Positions 13,701 through 29,176 of a stretch of 64,000 nt of DNA are shown here, in pieces; position 1 is the first letter of the stretch, and every line of letters begins with the position of its first letter. The stretch lies in the NCBI GenBank assembly GCA_040285855.1, contig JAUFOQ010000002.1, forward strand, positions 3,348,001 through 3,412,000, written 5' to 3'. This DNA comes from Eukaryota sp. GEM-RC1. Lineage: Eukaryota. Below the pieces are notes generated by a model. The model saw only the letters and a program-made list of their open reading frames with translations. It was not told where the DNA came from and made no database searches. The translations under genes and the position numbers were made by a program.

Positions 13701-16700
13701 TTCACAAAGATTTCAAGTAATAAGTAATAGTAATCTTCTGTCCATCACCGAACAACTTACCTAAAATTGAATTAAAATATCTGTGAATTAAACAAAAGGT
13801 GAGAAAAAGTAACTACAATGTACTGTAATTGGCCATTCAATATCAGATTCCATCAGATGCCATTTCATACTACCGACATACTTCAGACATTCAAAATGTT
13901 TTAAAAGGTGTTTTTGGAGTTTCTTAAGAGCAAATTTCAAAGCAGTGATACATCGTTCTGGCATTTCACATATACCAGCTCGGAAACAAGTTTGCCAAAG
14001 GTCAGGTGAAATTAACGACAATTCTTTCATGGCATCACTAGTAGCTTAATTTGACCTGATTCATGTTGCATTTTTGATGATCTTTGCTTTTATCGAACAA
14101 AAACTGGAACTCAACAACATTAAAGCAAACTCGTCATGCTAAAAATTGTTATTCAGGAAAAGTAACTCATCTGCTTCACTCTCTCCCCCCTGTACTTATC
14201 TATAACTCCTGTGGAAGCTTTACCAATTCGAACTGACTTTCTTGCATTTTTTGTTATCAGTGGATCCTGCTGCATTGAACAATCACATCTTCATCTTGGT
14301 GGTATTGGTTTCACTTCGTCTAAATGGTGGACCAAATCTACTTTCATTGGTGGTGGTAAGAATTTTGTCTTTGAGTTCTGTAGACGTTACCCAAGTCAAG
14401 AAAATCTTCTTGTTTCGACAAGTAGTGTTTTCTTGGTAAATTTGAGATCCTAATTATCGCTAATTTCACCTGGCCTCTGGCAAACTTTTTTTCCAGCAGA
14501 TATTTGTGAAATACCGGAACGATGTGTCACTTCTTTAATTTTTGGTCCTAAGAAACTCCAAAAACACCTTCTAAAACATTTTGAATGTCTGGATTTTCAA
14601 ATTCGACTTGGCTCGGTTTTGGTTGAATCGTATTGTTTTTACAATATTTAAAACAATTCCTATCATGATTTCAAAAGCTCTATTAGCTCTGAGTGTTTTT
14701 ATGAAGAAAAAGCTGATGTGAGTTTTAATGGCAATGATTGTTACTTTAATGATATTGAGTTAAAATCATAAAAAACATATAGGAAAAAAACTTGGCTCGG
14801 CCAAAGAAAAAAAATCCAGCGTTCTCAAATTGTTTAATCGATTTGAAGGACAGTTCTTCAGTTGCTTTGATCAACCAAATTCCACAGATTTATGGATTTT
14901 TGTTGAACGATCATCAATGAACTGCAACATTCATACTTCGATGTTTCTTGTGGCCCTCTAATTTACCTAATGATCTTCAATGTAAATCTCTTGAAATCAA
15001 AAATTCACAAAATAGTGATTCTGATAAGACTTTTGGTAAAAGAAGAGCTGATGTAATAGTTCCATCAGTCAATGATGAACTAACGGTTGTTGTTGTAATT
15101 ACTGTGGATGTTTGCAAAGAACGTGCATTTAAGGATGCTAAAAATGAAGTGTCTCCGCTTCATTTGTCAGAACAATACAAGGGAAACAAGTATGATGTAC
15201 CATTGACTGCTCTCAAACATACTAGACATGTTGAGTACGAATTATGTCCTTTTGCAATTTCAATTTATGGTCAACTTGGTAAAAATGTTCTCTATTTTCT
15301 CTCTGATTTTGAGAAAGTTGCCAAAAACAGAATGAACAAGAAATTTGATTTTATGTTTCAGTTTGGTTGAATCGTATCGTTTTTACAATATTTACAACAA
15401 TTCCTATTATGATATCAAAAGCTCTTTTAGCTCTCAGTATTTTTTTATGACGAAAAAGCTTATGTGAGTTTTAATGGCATTGACTGTTGCTTTAATGTTA
15501 TTGAGTTCTAGTTCTTCTGTATATCTTCTCAAAAAGTTGATAAAGGCTCATCCAGAGATTTTGGACTTGCACGTGGCAGGAATTTGATCTCTGACAGCAT
15601 CATTAATACAAGTTCCATAAGTAATGAAATTATTGCAACTCAAAAGGTGAGAAAAAGTAACTAATTTACCACATTTACATTGAAGATCATTAGATTAATA
15701 GTATTTGTGTTTATCTTAGTGTTTTTGTTCCATAAACAAAGAGTTGCTTTAATGATATTGAGTTCTAGTTTTTGTGTTTTTCTTCCTGTTTTTGTTCCAT
15801 AAAGTGGATAAAGACTCAGCAAGAGATTTAGGACTTACACATCTGACAGCATTGAGAATGCAAGTTTGAATTGTGGTTACAACTCAAAAGGAAAAACGGG
15901 GTTTATGATCAATCAGTGAAATCAATGCATTTGCAGAAATTGATAACTAACAGACACTAACTAAAGTATCTAAACTATGGTTCTTCTGTCCATTTTTTTT
16001 TGAAACGAATTATTTATTCTAAATGTAATAGACAATAACACTACAGTGTACATACATCTAGTAATCAATATCCTCAAGGTCCAGATTGCCTAACTGGATA
16101 TTTTCACCTACCTTATCTTCATAATGTCTGCCAAGAGAAAATAAAGCGCTAGATACAGAAGTGACCATACCTTTAAAGATAACAAACACGATTCGATTTT
16201 TCCAAAATGTAAGATCAAAAGTCCTAGATGTTTTTTCTTTTACAATTTCATAGTTTGTACGAAGGTTACCTTATTGGGTGCCGAATAAACATGTTTCATC
16301 TTCACAAAGATTTCAAGTAATAAGTAATAGTAATCTTCTGTCCATCACCGAACAACTTACCTAAAATTGAATTAAAATATCTGTGAATTAAACAAAAGGT
16401 GAGAAAAAGTAACTACAATGTACTGTAATTGGCCATTCAATATCAGATTCCATCAGATGCCATTTCATACTACCGACATACTTCAGACATTCAAAATGTT
16501 TTAAAAGGTGTTTTTGGAGTTTCTTAAGAGCAAATTTCAAAGCAGTGATACATCGTTCTGGCATTTCACATATACCAGCTCGGAAACAAGTTTGCCAAAG
16601 GTCAGGTGAAATTAACGACAATTCTTTCATGGCATCACTAGTAGCTTAATTTGACCTGATTCATGTTGCATTTTTGATGATCTTTGCTTTTATCGAACAA

Positions 16701-18320
16701 AACTGGAACTCAACAACATTAAAGCAAACTCGTCATGCTAAAAAATTGTTATTCAGGAAAAGTAACTCATCTGCTTCACTCTCTCCCCCCTGTACTTATC
16801 TATAACTCCTGTGGAAGCTTTACCAATTCGAACTGACTTTCTTGCATTTTTGTTATCAGTGGATCCTGCTGCATTGAACAATCACATCTTCATCTTGGTG
16901 GTATTGGTTTCACTTCGTCTAAATGGTGGACCAAATCTACTTTCATTGGTGGTGGTAAGAATTTTGTCTTTGAGTTCTGTAGACGTTACCCAAGTCAAGA
17001 AAATCTTCTTGTTTCGACAAGTAGTGTTTTCTTGGTAAATTTGAGATCCTAATTATCGCTAATTTCACCTGGCCTCTGGCAAACTTGTTTTCCAGCAGAT
17101 ATTTGTGAAATACCGGAACGATGTGTCACTTCTTTAATTTTTGGTCCTAAGAAACTCCAAAAACACCTTCTAAAACATTTTGAATGTCTGGATTTTCAAA
17201 TTCGACTTGGCTCGGTTTTGGTTGAATCGTATTGTTTTTACAATATTTAAAACAATTCCTATCATGATTTCAAAAGCTCTATTAGCTCTGAGTGTTTTTA
17301 TGAAGAAAAAGCTGATGTGAGTTTTAATGGCAATGATTGTTACTTTAATGATATTGAGTTAAAATCATAAAAACATATAGGAAAAAAACTTGGCTCGGCC
17401 AAAGAAAAAAATCCAGCGTTCTCAAATTGTTTAATCGATTTGAAGGACAGTTCTTCAGTTGCTTTGATCAACCAAATTCCACAGATTTATGGATTTTTGT
17501 TGAACGATCATCAATGAACTGCAACATTCATACTTCGATGTTTCTTGTGGCCCTCTAATTTACCTAATGATCTTCAATGTAAATCTCTTGAAATCAAAAT
17601 TCACAAAATAGTGATTCTGATAAGACTTTTGGTAAAAGAAGAGCTGATGTAATAGTTCCATCAGTCAATGATGAACTAACGGTTGTTGTTGTAATTACTG
17701 TGGATGTTTGCAAAGAACGTGCATTTAAGGATGCTAAAAATGAAGTGTCTCCGCTTCATTTGTCAGAACAATACAAGGGAAACAAGTATGATGTACCATT
17801 GACTGCTCTCAAACATACTAGACATGTTGAGTACGAATTATGTCCTTTTGCAATTTCAATTTATGGTCAACTTGGTAAAATGTTCTCTATTTTCTCTCTG
17901 ATTTTGAGAAAGTTGCCAAAAACAGAATGAACAAGAAATTTGATTTTATGTTTCAGTTTGGTTGAATCGTATCGTTTTTACAATATTTACAACAATTCCT
18001 ATTATGATATCAAAAGCTCTTTTAGCTCTCAGTATTTTTTATGACGAAAAAGCTTATGTGAGTTTTAATGGCATTGACTGTTGCTTTAATGTTATTGAGT
18101 TCTAGTTCTTCTGTATATCTTCTCAAAAAGTTGATAAAGGCTCATCCAGAGATTTTGGACTTGCACGTGGCAGGAATTTGATCTCTGACAGCATCATTAA
18201 TACAAGTTCCATAAGTAATGAAATTATTGCAACTCAAAAGGTGAGAAAAAGTAACTAATTTACCACATTTACATTGAAGATCATTAGGTTACTAGTATTT
18301 GTGTTTATCTTAGTGTTTTT

Positions 18321-18898
18321 CTTTATTAAAAACATTAAAATAAACACAAATACTAGAATTCAATATCATTAAAGCAACAATCATTGCCATTAAAACTCAC
18401 ATCAGCTTTTTCTTCATAAAAACACTGAGAGCTAATAGAGCTTTTGAAATCATGATAGGAATTGTTTTAAATATTGTAAAACAATACGATTCAACCAAAA
18501 TTTGAAATCAAATTTCTTGTTCATTCTTTTTGACCACTTTCTCAAAATCAGAGAGAAAACAAAGAGCATCTCTACCAAGTCGACCATAAATTGAAATTGC
18601 AAAAGGACATAATTTGTACTCAACATGTCTAATATGTTTGAGAGCAGTCAGTGGTTCATCATATTTGTTTCTCTTGTATTGTTCTGAAGAATTCAGTGGA
18701 GAAACTTCATTTTTAGCATCCTTGAATGCACTTTTTGCAAACATCCACAGTAATCACATCAACAACGGTTAGTTCATCATTAACTGATGGAACTATTACA
18801 TCAGCTCTTCGTTTACCAAAAGTCTTATCAGAATCACTATTTTTGAATTATTGGTTTCCAGTGATCTCAACAGGTGCTCAACGAAAGATTCGATTTTA
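18321..18898 (-). mobile_element. Reverse-oriented 5'-truncated lineage-A retro-insertion, single copy
   Basis: The minus strand reads KIESFVEHLLRSLETNNS..FGKRRADVIVP..NDIEF* plus the same 3' UTR and AATAAA as 867-1383. It replaces gttcc of the unit, so there is a small target deletion and no TSD. Confidence 0.87.
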
Positions 18899-20565
18899 AT
18901 AAACAAAGAGTTGCTTTAATGATATTGAGTTCTAGTTTTTGTGTTTTTCTTCCTGTTTTTGTTCCATAAAGTGGATAAAGACTCAGCAAGAGATTTAGGA
19001 CTTACACATCTGACAGCATTGAGAATGCAAGTTTGAATTGTGGTTACAACTCAAAAGGAAAAACGGGGTTTATGATCAATCAGTGAAATCAATGCATTTG
19101 CAGAAATTGATAACTAACAGACACTAACTAAAGTATCTAAACTATGGTTCTTCTGTCCATTTTTTTTGAAACGAATTATTTATTCTAAATGTAATAGACA
19201 ATAACACTACAGTGTACATACATCTAGTAATCAATATCCTCAAGGTCCAGATTGCCTAACTGGATATTTTCACCTACCTTATCTTCATAATGTCTGCCAA
19301 GAGAAAATAAAGCGCTAGATACAGAAGTGACCATACCTTTAAAGATAACAAACACGATTCGATTTTTCCAAAATGTAAGATCAAAAGTCCTAGATGTTTT
19401 TTCTTTTACAATTTCATAGTTTGTACGAAGGTTACCTTATTGGGTGCCGAATAAACATGTTTCATCTTCACAAAGATTTCAAGTAATAAGTAATAGTAAT
19501 CTTCTGTCCATCACCGAACAACTTACCTAAAATTGAATTAAAATATCTGTGAATTAAACAAAAGGTGAGAAAAAGTAACTACAATGTACTGTAATTGGCC
19601 ATTCAATATCAGATTCCATCAGATGCCATTTCATACTACCGACATACTTCAGACATTCAAAATGTTTTAAAAGGTGTTTTTGGAGTTTCTTAAGAGCAAA
19701 TTTCAAAGCAGTGATACATCGTTCTGGCATTTCACATATACCAGCTCGGAAACAAGTTTGCCAAAGGTCAGGTGAAATTAACGACAATTCTTTCATGGCA
19801 TCACTAGTAGCTTAATTTGACCTGATTCATGTTGCATTTTTGATGATCTTTGCTTTTATCGAACAAAAACTGGAACTCAACAACATTAAAGCAAACTCGT
19901 CATGCTAAAAAAATTGTTATTCAGGAAAAGTAACTCATCTGCTTCACTCTCTCCCCCTGTACTTATCTATAACTCCTGTGGAAGCTTTACCAATTCGAAC
20001 TGACTTTCTTGCATTTTTGTTATCAGTGGATCCTGCTGCATTGAACAATCACATCTTCATCTTGGTGGTATTGGTTTCACTTCGTCTAAATGGTGGACCA
20101 AATCTACTTTCATTGGTGGTGGTAAGAATTTTGTCTTTGAGTTCTGTAGACGTTACCCAAGTCAAGAAAATCTTCTTGTTTCGACAAGTAGTGTTTTCTT
20201 GGTAAATTTGAGATCCTAATTATCGCTAATTTCACCTGGCCTCTGGCAAACTTGTTTTCCAGCAGATATTTGTGAAATACCGGAACGATGTGTCACTTCT
20301 TTAATTTTTGGTCCTAAGAAACTCCAAAAACACCTTCTAAAACATTTTGAATGTCTGGATTTTCAAATTCGACTTGGCTCGGTTTTGGTTGAATCGTATT
20401 GTTTTTACAATATTTAAAACAATTCCTATCATGATTTCAAAAGCTCTATTAGCTCTGAGTGTTTTTTATGAAGAAAAAGCTGATGTGAGTTTTAATGGCA
20501 ATGATTGTTACTTTAATGATATTGAGTTAAAATCATAAAAACATATAGGAAAAAAAACTTGGCTC

Positions 20566-21975
20566 GGCCAAAGAAAAAATCCAGCGTTCTCAAATTGTTT
20601 AATCGATTTGAAGGACAGTTCTTCAGTTGCTTTGATCAACCAAATTCCACAGATTTATGGATTTTTGTTGAACGATCATCAATGAACTGCAACATTCATA
20701 CTTCGATGTTTCTTGTGGCCCTCTAATTTACCTAATGATCTTCAATGTAAATCTCTTGAAATCAAAAATTCACAAAATAGTGATTCTGATAAGACTTTTG
20801 GTAAAAGAAGAGCTGATGTAACAGTTCCATCAATCAATGATGAACTAACGGTTGTTGTTGTAATTACTGTGGATGTTTGCAAAGAACGTGCATTTAAGGA
20901 TGCTAAAATGAAGTGTCTCCGCTTGAATTGTCAGAACAATACAAGGGAAACAAGTATGATGTACCATTGACTGCTCTCAAACATACTAGACATGTTGAGT
21001 ACGAGTTATGTCCTTTGCAATTTCAATTTATGGGGCCAAATCACAAAATCCAGCGTTCTCAAATTGTTTAATCGATTTGAAGGACAGTTCTTCAGTTGCT
21101 TTGATCAACCAAATTCCACAGATTTATGGATTTTTGTTGAACGATCATCAATGAACTGCAACATTCATACTTCGATGTTTCTTGTGGCCCTCTAATTTAC
21201 CTAATGATCTTCAATGTAAATCTCTTGAAATCAAAAATTCACAAAATAGTGATTCTGATAAGACTTTTGGTAAAAGAAGAGCTGATGTAACAGTTCCATC
21301 AATCAATGATGAACTAACGGTTGTTGTTGTAATTACTGTGGATGTTTGCAAAGAACGTGCATTTAAGGATGCTAAAATGAAGTGTCTCCGCTTGAATTGT
21401 CAGAACAATACAAGGGAAACAAGTATGATGTATTATTGACTGCTCTCAAACATACTAGACATGTTGAGTACGAATTATGTCCTTTTGCAATTTCAATTTA
21501 TGGGGCCAAATCACAAAATCCAGCGTTCTCAAATTTTTTTAATCGTATTGAAGGACAGTTCTTCAGTTGCTTTGATCAACCAAATTCCACAGATTTATGG
21601 ATTTTTGTTGAACGATCATCAATGAACTGCAACATTCATACTTCGATGTTTCTTGTGGCCCTCTAATTTACCTAATGATCTTCAATGTAAATCTCTTGAA
21701 ATCAAAAATTCACAAAATAGTGATTCTGATAAGACTTTTGGTAAAAGAAGAGCTGATGTAATAGTTCCATCAATCAATGATGAACTAACGGTTGTTGTTG
21801 TACTTACTGTGGATGTTTGCAAAGAACGTGCATTTAAGGATGCTAAAAATGAAGTGTCTCCGCTTCATTTGTCAGAACAATACAAGGGAAACAAGTATGA
21901 TGTACCATTGACTGCTCTCAAACATACTAGACATGTTGAGTACGAATTGTGTCCTTTTGCAATTTCAATTTATGG
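20566..21975 (+). repeat. Three tandem copies of a ~470 bp sub-repeat of the RLE-coding segment
   Basis: Novel junction tttatgg|ggccaaatcacaaaatcc at ~21034 and ~21504. Unit length 3541 is about 2600 + 2x470. Confidence 0.92.
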
Positions 21976-23588
21976 TCAACTTGGTAAAAGCTCTCTATTT
22001 TCTCTCTGATTTTGAGAAAGTTGCCAAAAACAGAATGAACAAGAAATTTGATTTTATGTTTCAGTTTTCAGTTTTGGTTGAATCGTATCGTTTTTACAAT
22101 ATTTACAACAATTCCTATTATGATATCAAAAGCTCTTTTAGCTCTCAGTATTTTTTATGACGAAAAAGCTTATGTGAGTTTTAATGGCATTGACTGTTGC
22201 TTTAATGTTATTGAGTTCTAGTTCTTCTGTATATCTTCTCAAAAAGTTGATAAAGGCTCATCCAGAGATTTTGGACTTGCACGTGGCAGGAATTTGATCT
22301 CTGACAGCATCATTAATACAAGTTCCATAAGTAATGAAATTATTGCAACTCAAAAGGTGAGAAAAAGTAACTAATTTACCACATTTACATTGAAGATCAT
22401 TAGATTAATAGTATTTGTGTTTATCTTAGTGTTTTTGTTCCATAAACAAAGAGTTGCTTTAATGATATTGAGATCTAGTTTTTGTGTTTTTCTTCCTGTT
22501 TTTGTTCCATAAAGTGGATAAAGACTCAGCAAGAGATTTAGGACTTACACATCTGACAGCATTGAGAATGCAAGTTTGAATTGTGGTTACAACTCAAAAG
22601 GAAAAACGGGGTTTATGATCAATCAGTGAAATCAATGCATTTGCAGAAATTCATAACTAACAGACACTAACTAAAGTATCTAAACTATGGTTCTTCTGTC
22701 CATTTTTTGAAACGAATTATTTATTCTAAATGTAATAGACAATAACACTACAGTGTACATACATCTAGTAATCAATATCCTCAAGGTCCAGATTGCCTAA
22801 CTGGATATTTTCACCTACCTTATCTTCATAATGTCTGCCAAGAGAAAATAAAGCGCTAGATACAGAAGTGACCATACCTTTAAAGATAACAAACACGATT
22901 CGATTTTTCCAAAATGTAAGATCAAAAGTCCTAGATGTTTTTTCTTTTACAATTTCATAGTTTGTACGAAGGTTACCTTATTGGGTGCCGAATAAACATG
23001 TTTCATCTTCACAAAGATTTCAAGTAATAAGTAATAGTAATCTTCTGTCCATCACCGAACAACTTACCTAAAATTGAATTAAAATATCTGTGAATTAAAC
23101 AAAAGGTGAGAAAAAGTAACTACAATGTACTGTAATTGGCCATTCAATATCAGATTCCATCAGATGCCATTTCATACTACCGACATACTTCAGACATTCA
23201 AAATGTTTTAAAAGGTGTTTTTGGAGTTTCTTAAGAGCAAATTTCAAAGCAGTGATACATCGTTCTGGCATTTCACATATACCAGCTCGGAAACAAGTTT
23301 GCCAAAGGTCAGGTGAAATTAACGACAATTCTTTCATGGCATCACTAGTAGCTTAATTTGACCTGATTCATGTTGCATTTTTGATGATCTTTGCTTTTAT
23401 CGAACAAAACTGGAACTCAACAACATTAAAGCAAACTCGTCATGCTAAAAAATTGTTATTCAGGAAAAGTAACTCATCTGCTTCACTCTCTCCCCCCTGT
23501 ACTTATCTATAACTCATGTGGAAGCTTTACCAATTCGAACTGACTTTCTTGCATTTTTGTTATCAGTGGATCCTGCTGCATTGAACAA

Positions 23589-24106
23589 CGTTTTGGTAAA
23601 CGAAGAGCTGATGTTATAGTTCCATCAGTTAATGATGAACTAACTGTTGTTGATGTGATTACTGTGGATGTTTGCAAAAAGTGCATTCAAGGATGCTAAA
23701 ACTGAAGTTTCGCCACTGAATTCTTCAGAACAATACAAGAGAAACAAATATGATGAACCACTGACTGCTCTCAAACATATTAGACATGTTGAGTACAAAT
23801 TATGTCCTTTTGCAATTTCAATTTATGGTCGACTTGGTAGAGATGCTCTTTGTTTTCTCTCTGATTTTGAGAAAGTGGTCAAAAAAGAATGAACAAGAAA
23901 TTTGATTTCAAATTTTGGTTGAATCGTATTGTTTTTACAATATTTAAAACAATTCCTATCATGATTTCAAAAGCTCTATTAGCTCTCAGTGTTTTTTATG
24001 AAGAAAAAGCTGATGTGAGTTTTAATGGCAATGATTGTTGCTTTAATGATATTGAATTCTAGTATTTGTGTTTATTTTAATGTTTTTAATAAAGGGGATG
24101 TAGAAA
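23589..24106 (+). mobile_element. Second copy of the 867-1383 insertion (same site, same TSD)
   Basis: Same junctions, gcattgaacaa|cgttttgg ... gatgtagaaa|gcattgaacaa. Confidence 0.9.
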
Positions 24107-24634
24107 GCATTGAACAATCACATCTTCATCTTGGTGGTATTGGTTTCACTTCGTCTAAATGGTGGACCAAATCTACTTTCATTGGTGGTGGTAAGAATTT
24201 TGTCTTTGAGTTCTGTAGACGTTACCCAAGTCAAGAAAATCTTCTTGTTTCGACAAGTAGTGTTTTCTTGGTAAATTTGAGATCCTAATTATCGCTAATT
24301 TCACCTGGCCTCTGGCAAACTTGTTTTCCAGCAGATATTTGTGAAATACCGGAACGATGTGTCACTTCTTTAATTTTTGGTCCTAAGAAACTCCAAAAAC
24401 ACCTTCTAAAACATTTTGAATGTCTGGATTTTCAAATTCGACTTGGCTCGGTTTTGGTTGAATCGTATTATTTTTACAATATTTAAAACAATTCCTATCA
24501 TGATTTCAAAAGCTCTATTAGCTCTGAGTGTTTTTTATGAAGAAAAAGCTGATGTGAGTTTTAATGGCAATGATTGTTACTTTAATGATATTGAGTTAAA
24601 ATCATAAAAAATATATAGGAAAAAAACTTGGCTC

Positions 24635-26517
24635 GGCCAAAGAAAAAAATCCAGCGTTCGCAAATTGTTTAATCGATTTGAAGGACAGTTCTTCAGTTGC
24701 TTTGATCAACCAAATTCCACAGATTTACGGATTGTTGTTGAACGATCATCATTGAACTGCAACATTTATACTTCGATGTTTCTTGTGGCCCTCTAATTTA
24801 CCTAATGATCTTCAATGTTAATCTCTTGAAATCAAAAATTCACAAAATAGTGATTCTGATAAGACTTTTGGTAAAAGAAGAGCTGATGTAATAGTTCCAT
24901 CAGTCAATGATGAACTAACGGTTGTTGTTGTAATTACTGTGGATGTTTGCAAAGAACGTGCATTTAAGGATGCTAAAATGAAGTGTCTCCACTTGAATTG
25001 TCAGAACAATACAAGGGAAACAAGTATGATGTACCATTGACTGCTCTCAAACATACTAGACATGTTGAGTACGAATTATGTCCATTTGCAATTTCAATTT
25101 ATGGGGCCAAATCACAAAATCCAGCATTCTCAAATTGTTTAATCGATTTGAAGGACAGTTCTTCAGTTGCTTTGATCAACCAAATTCCACAGATTTATGG
25201 ATTGTTGTTGAACGATCATCAATGAACTGCAACATTTATACTTCGGTGTTTCTTGTGGCCCTCTAATTTACCTAATGATCTTCAATGTAAATCTCTTGAA
25301 ATCAAAAATTCACAAAACAGTGATTCTGATAAGACTTTTGGTAAAAGAAGAGCTGATGTAATAGTTCCATCAGTCAATGATGAACTAACAGTTGTTGTTG
25401 TTGTAATTACTGTGGATGTTTGCAAAGAACGTGCATTTAAGGATGCTAAAATGAAGTGTCTCCGCTTGAATTGTCAGAACAATACAAGGGAAACAAGTAT
25501 GATGTATTATTGACTGCTCTCAAACATACTAGACATGTTGAGTACGAATTATGTCCTTTTGCAATTTCAATTTATGGGGCCAAATCACAAAATCCAGCGT
25601 TCTCAAATTTTTTAATCGTATTGAAGGACAGTTCTTCAGTTGCTTTGATCAACCAAATTCCACAGATTTATGGATTTTTGTTGAACGATCATCAATGAAC
25701 TGCAACATTCATACTTCGATGTTTCTTGTGGCCCTCTAATTTACCTAATGATCTTCAATGTAAATCTCTTGAAATCAAAAATTCACAAAATAGTGATTCT
25801 GATAAGACTTTTGGTAAAAGAAGAGCTGATGTAACAGTTCCATCAATCAATGATGAACTAACGGTTGTTGTTGTAATTACTGTGGATGTTTGCAAAGAAC
25901 GTGCATTTAAGGATGCTAAAATGAAGTGTCTCCGCTTGAATTGTCAGAACAATACAAGGGAAACAAGTATGATGTATTATTGACTGCTCTCAAACATACT
26001 AGACATGTTGAGTACGAATTATGTCCTTTTGCAATTTCAATTTATGGGGCCAAATCACAAAATCCAGCGTTCTCAAATTTTTTAATCGTATTGAAGGACA
26101 GTTCTTCAGTTGCTTTGATCAACCAAATTCCACAGATTTATGGATTTTTGTTGAACGATCATCAATGAACTGCAACATTCATACTTCGATGTTTCTTGTG
26201 GCCCTCTAATTTACCTAATGATCTTCAATGTAAATCTCTTGAAATCAAAAATTCACAAAATAGTGATTCTGATAAGACTTTTGGTAAAAGAAGAGCTGAT
26301 GTAATAGTTCCATCAATCAATGATGAACTAACGGTTGTTGTTGTACTTACTGTGGATGTTTGCAAAGAACGTGCATTTAAGGATGCTAAAAATGAAGTGT
26401 CTCCGCTTCATTTGTCAGAACAATACAAGGGAAACAAGTATGATGTACCATTGACTGCTCTCAAACATACTAGACATGTTGAGTACGAATTGTGTCCTTT
26501 GCAATTTCAATTTATGG
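24635..26517 (+). repeat. Four tandem copies of the ~470 bp sub-repeat
   Basis: Same junction at ~25105, ~25578 and ~26048. Confidence 0.92.
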
Positions 26518-28131
26518 TCAACTTGGTAAAAAGCTCTCTATTTTCTCTCTGATTTTGAGAAAGTTGCCAAAAACAGAATGAACAAGAAATTTGATTTTAT
26601 GTTTCAGTTTTCAGTTTTGGTTGAATCGTATCGTTTTTACAATATTTACAACAATTCCTATTATGATATCAAAAGCTCTTTTAGCTCTCAGTATTTTTTA
26701 TGACGAAAAAGCTTATGTGAGTTTTAATGGCATTGACTGTTGCTTTAATGTTATTGAGTTCTAGTTCTTCTGTATATCTTCTCAAAAAGTTGATAAAGGC
26801 TCATCCAGAGATTTTGGACTTGCACGTGGCAGGAATTTGATCTCTGACAGCATCATTAATACAAGTTCCATAAGTAATGAAATTATTGCAACTCAAAAGG
26901 TGAGAAAAAGTAACTAATTTACCACATTTACATTGAAGATCATTAGATTAATAGTATTTGTGTTTATCTTAGTGTTTTTGTTCCATAAACAAAGAGTTGC
27001 TTTAATGATATTGAGATCTAGTTTTTGTGTTTTTCTTCCTGTTTTTGTTCCATAAAGTGGATAAAGACTCAGCAAGAGATTTAGGACTTACACATCTGAC
27101 AGCATTGAGAATGCAAGTTTGAATTGTGGTTACAACTCAAAAGGAAAAACGGGGTTTATGATCAATCAGTGAAATCAATGCATTTGCAGAAATTCATAAC
27201 TAACAGACACTAACTAAAGTATCTAAACTATGGTTCTTCTGTCCATTTTTTGAAACGAATTATTTATTCTAAATGTAATAGACAATAACACTACAGTGTA
27301 CATACATCTAGTAATCAATATCCTCAAGGTCCAGATTGCCTAACTGGATATTTTCACCTACCTTATCTTCATAATGTCTGCCAAGAGAAAATAAAGCGCT
27401 AGATACAGAAGTGACCATACCTTTAAAGATAACAAACACGATTCGATTTTTCCAAAATGTAAGATCAAAAGTCCTAGATGTTTTTTCTTTTACAATTTCA
27501 TAGTTTGTACGAAGGTTACCTTATTGGGTGCCGAATAAACATGTTTCATCTTCACAAAGATTTCAAGTAATAAGTAATAGTAATCTTCTGTCCATCACCG
27601 AACAACTTACCTAAAATTGAATTAAAATATCTGTGAATTAAACAAAAGGTGAGAAAAAGTAACTACAATGTACTGTAATTGGCCATTCAATATCAGATTC
27701 CATCAGATGCCATTTCATACTACCGACATACTTCAGACATTCAAAATGTTTTAAAAGGTGTTTTTGGAGTTTCTTAAGAGCAAATTTCAAAGCAGTGATA
27801 CATCGTTCTGGCATTTCACATATACCAGCTCGGAAACAAGTTTGCCAAAGGTCAGGTGAAATTAACGACAATTCTTTCATGGCATCACTAGTAGCTTAAT
27901 TTGACCTGATTCATGTTGCATTTTTGATGATCTTTGCTTTTATCGAACAAAAACTGGAACTCAACAACATTAAAGCAAACTCGTCATGCTAAAAAATTGT
28001 TATTCAGGAAAAGTAACTCATCTGCTTCACTCTCTCCCCCTGTACTTATCTATAACTCATGTGGAAGCTTTACCAATTCGAACTGACTTTCTTGCATTTT
28101 TGTTATCAGTGGATCCTGCTGCATTGAACAA

Positions 28132-28649
28132 CGTTTTGGTAAACGAAGAGCTGATGTTATAGTTCCATCAGTTAATGATGAACTAACTGTTGTTGATGTG
28201 ATTACTGTGGATGTTTGCAAAAAGTGCATTCAAGGATGCTAAAACTGAAGTTTCGCCACTGAATTCTTCAGAACAATACAAGAGAAACAAATATGATGAA
28301 CCACTGACTGCTCTCAAACATATTAGACATGTTGAGTACAAATTATGTCCTTTTGCAATTTCAATTTATGGTCGACTTGGTAGAGATGCTCTTTGTTTTC
28401 TCTCTGATTTTGAGAAAGTGGTCAAAAAAGAATGAACAAGAAATTTGATTTCAAATTTTGGTTGAATCGTATTGTTTTTACAATATTTAAAACAATTCCT
28501 ATCATGATTTCAAAAGCTCTATTAGCTCTCAGTGTTTTTTATGAAGAAAAAGCTGATGTGAGTTTTAATGGCAATGATTGTTGCTTTAATGATATTGAAT
28601 TCTAGTATTTGTGTTTATTTTAATGTTTTTAATAAAGGGGATGTAGAAA
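28132..28649 (+). mobile_element. Third copy of the 867-1383 insertion
   Basis: Same junctions and TSD as 867-1383. Confidence 0.9.
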
Positions 28650-29176
28650 GCATTGAACAATCACATCTTCATCTTGGTGGTATTGGTTTCACTTCGTCTA
28701 AATGGTGGACCAAATCTACTTTCATTGGTGGTGGTAAGAATTTTGTCTTTGAGTTCTGTAGACGTTACCCAAGTCAAGAAAATCTTCTTGTTTCGACAAG
28801 TAGTGTTTTCTTGGTAAATTTGAGATCCTAATTATCGCTAATTTCACCTGGCCTCTGGCAAACTTGTTTTCCAGCAGATATTTGTGAAATACCGGAACGA
28901 TGTGTCACTTCTTTAATTTTTGGTCCTAAGAAACTCCAAAACACCTTCTAAAACATTTTGAATGTCTGGATTTTCAAATTCGACTTGGCTCGGTTTTGGT
29001 TGAATCGTATTATTTTTACAATATTTAAAACAATTCCTATCATGATTTCAAAAGCTCTATTAGCTCTGAGTGTTTTTTATGAAGAAAAAGCTGATGTGAG
29101 TTTTAATGGCAATGATTGTTACTTTAATGATATTGAGTTAAAATCATAAAAAATATATAGGAAAAAAACTTGGCTC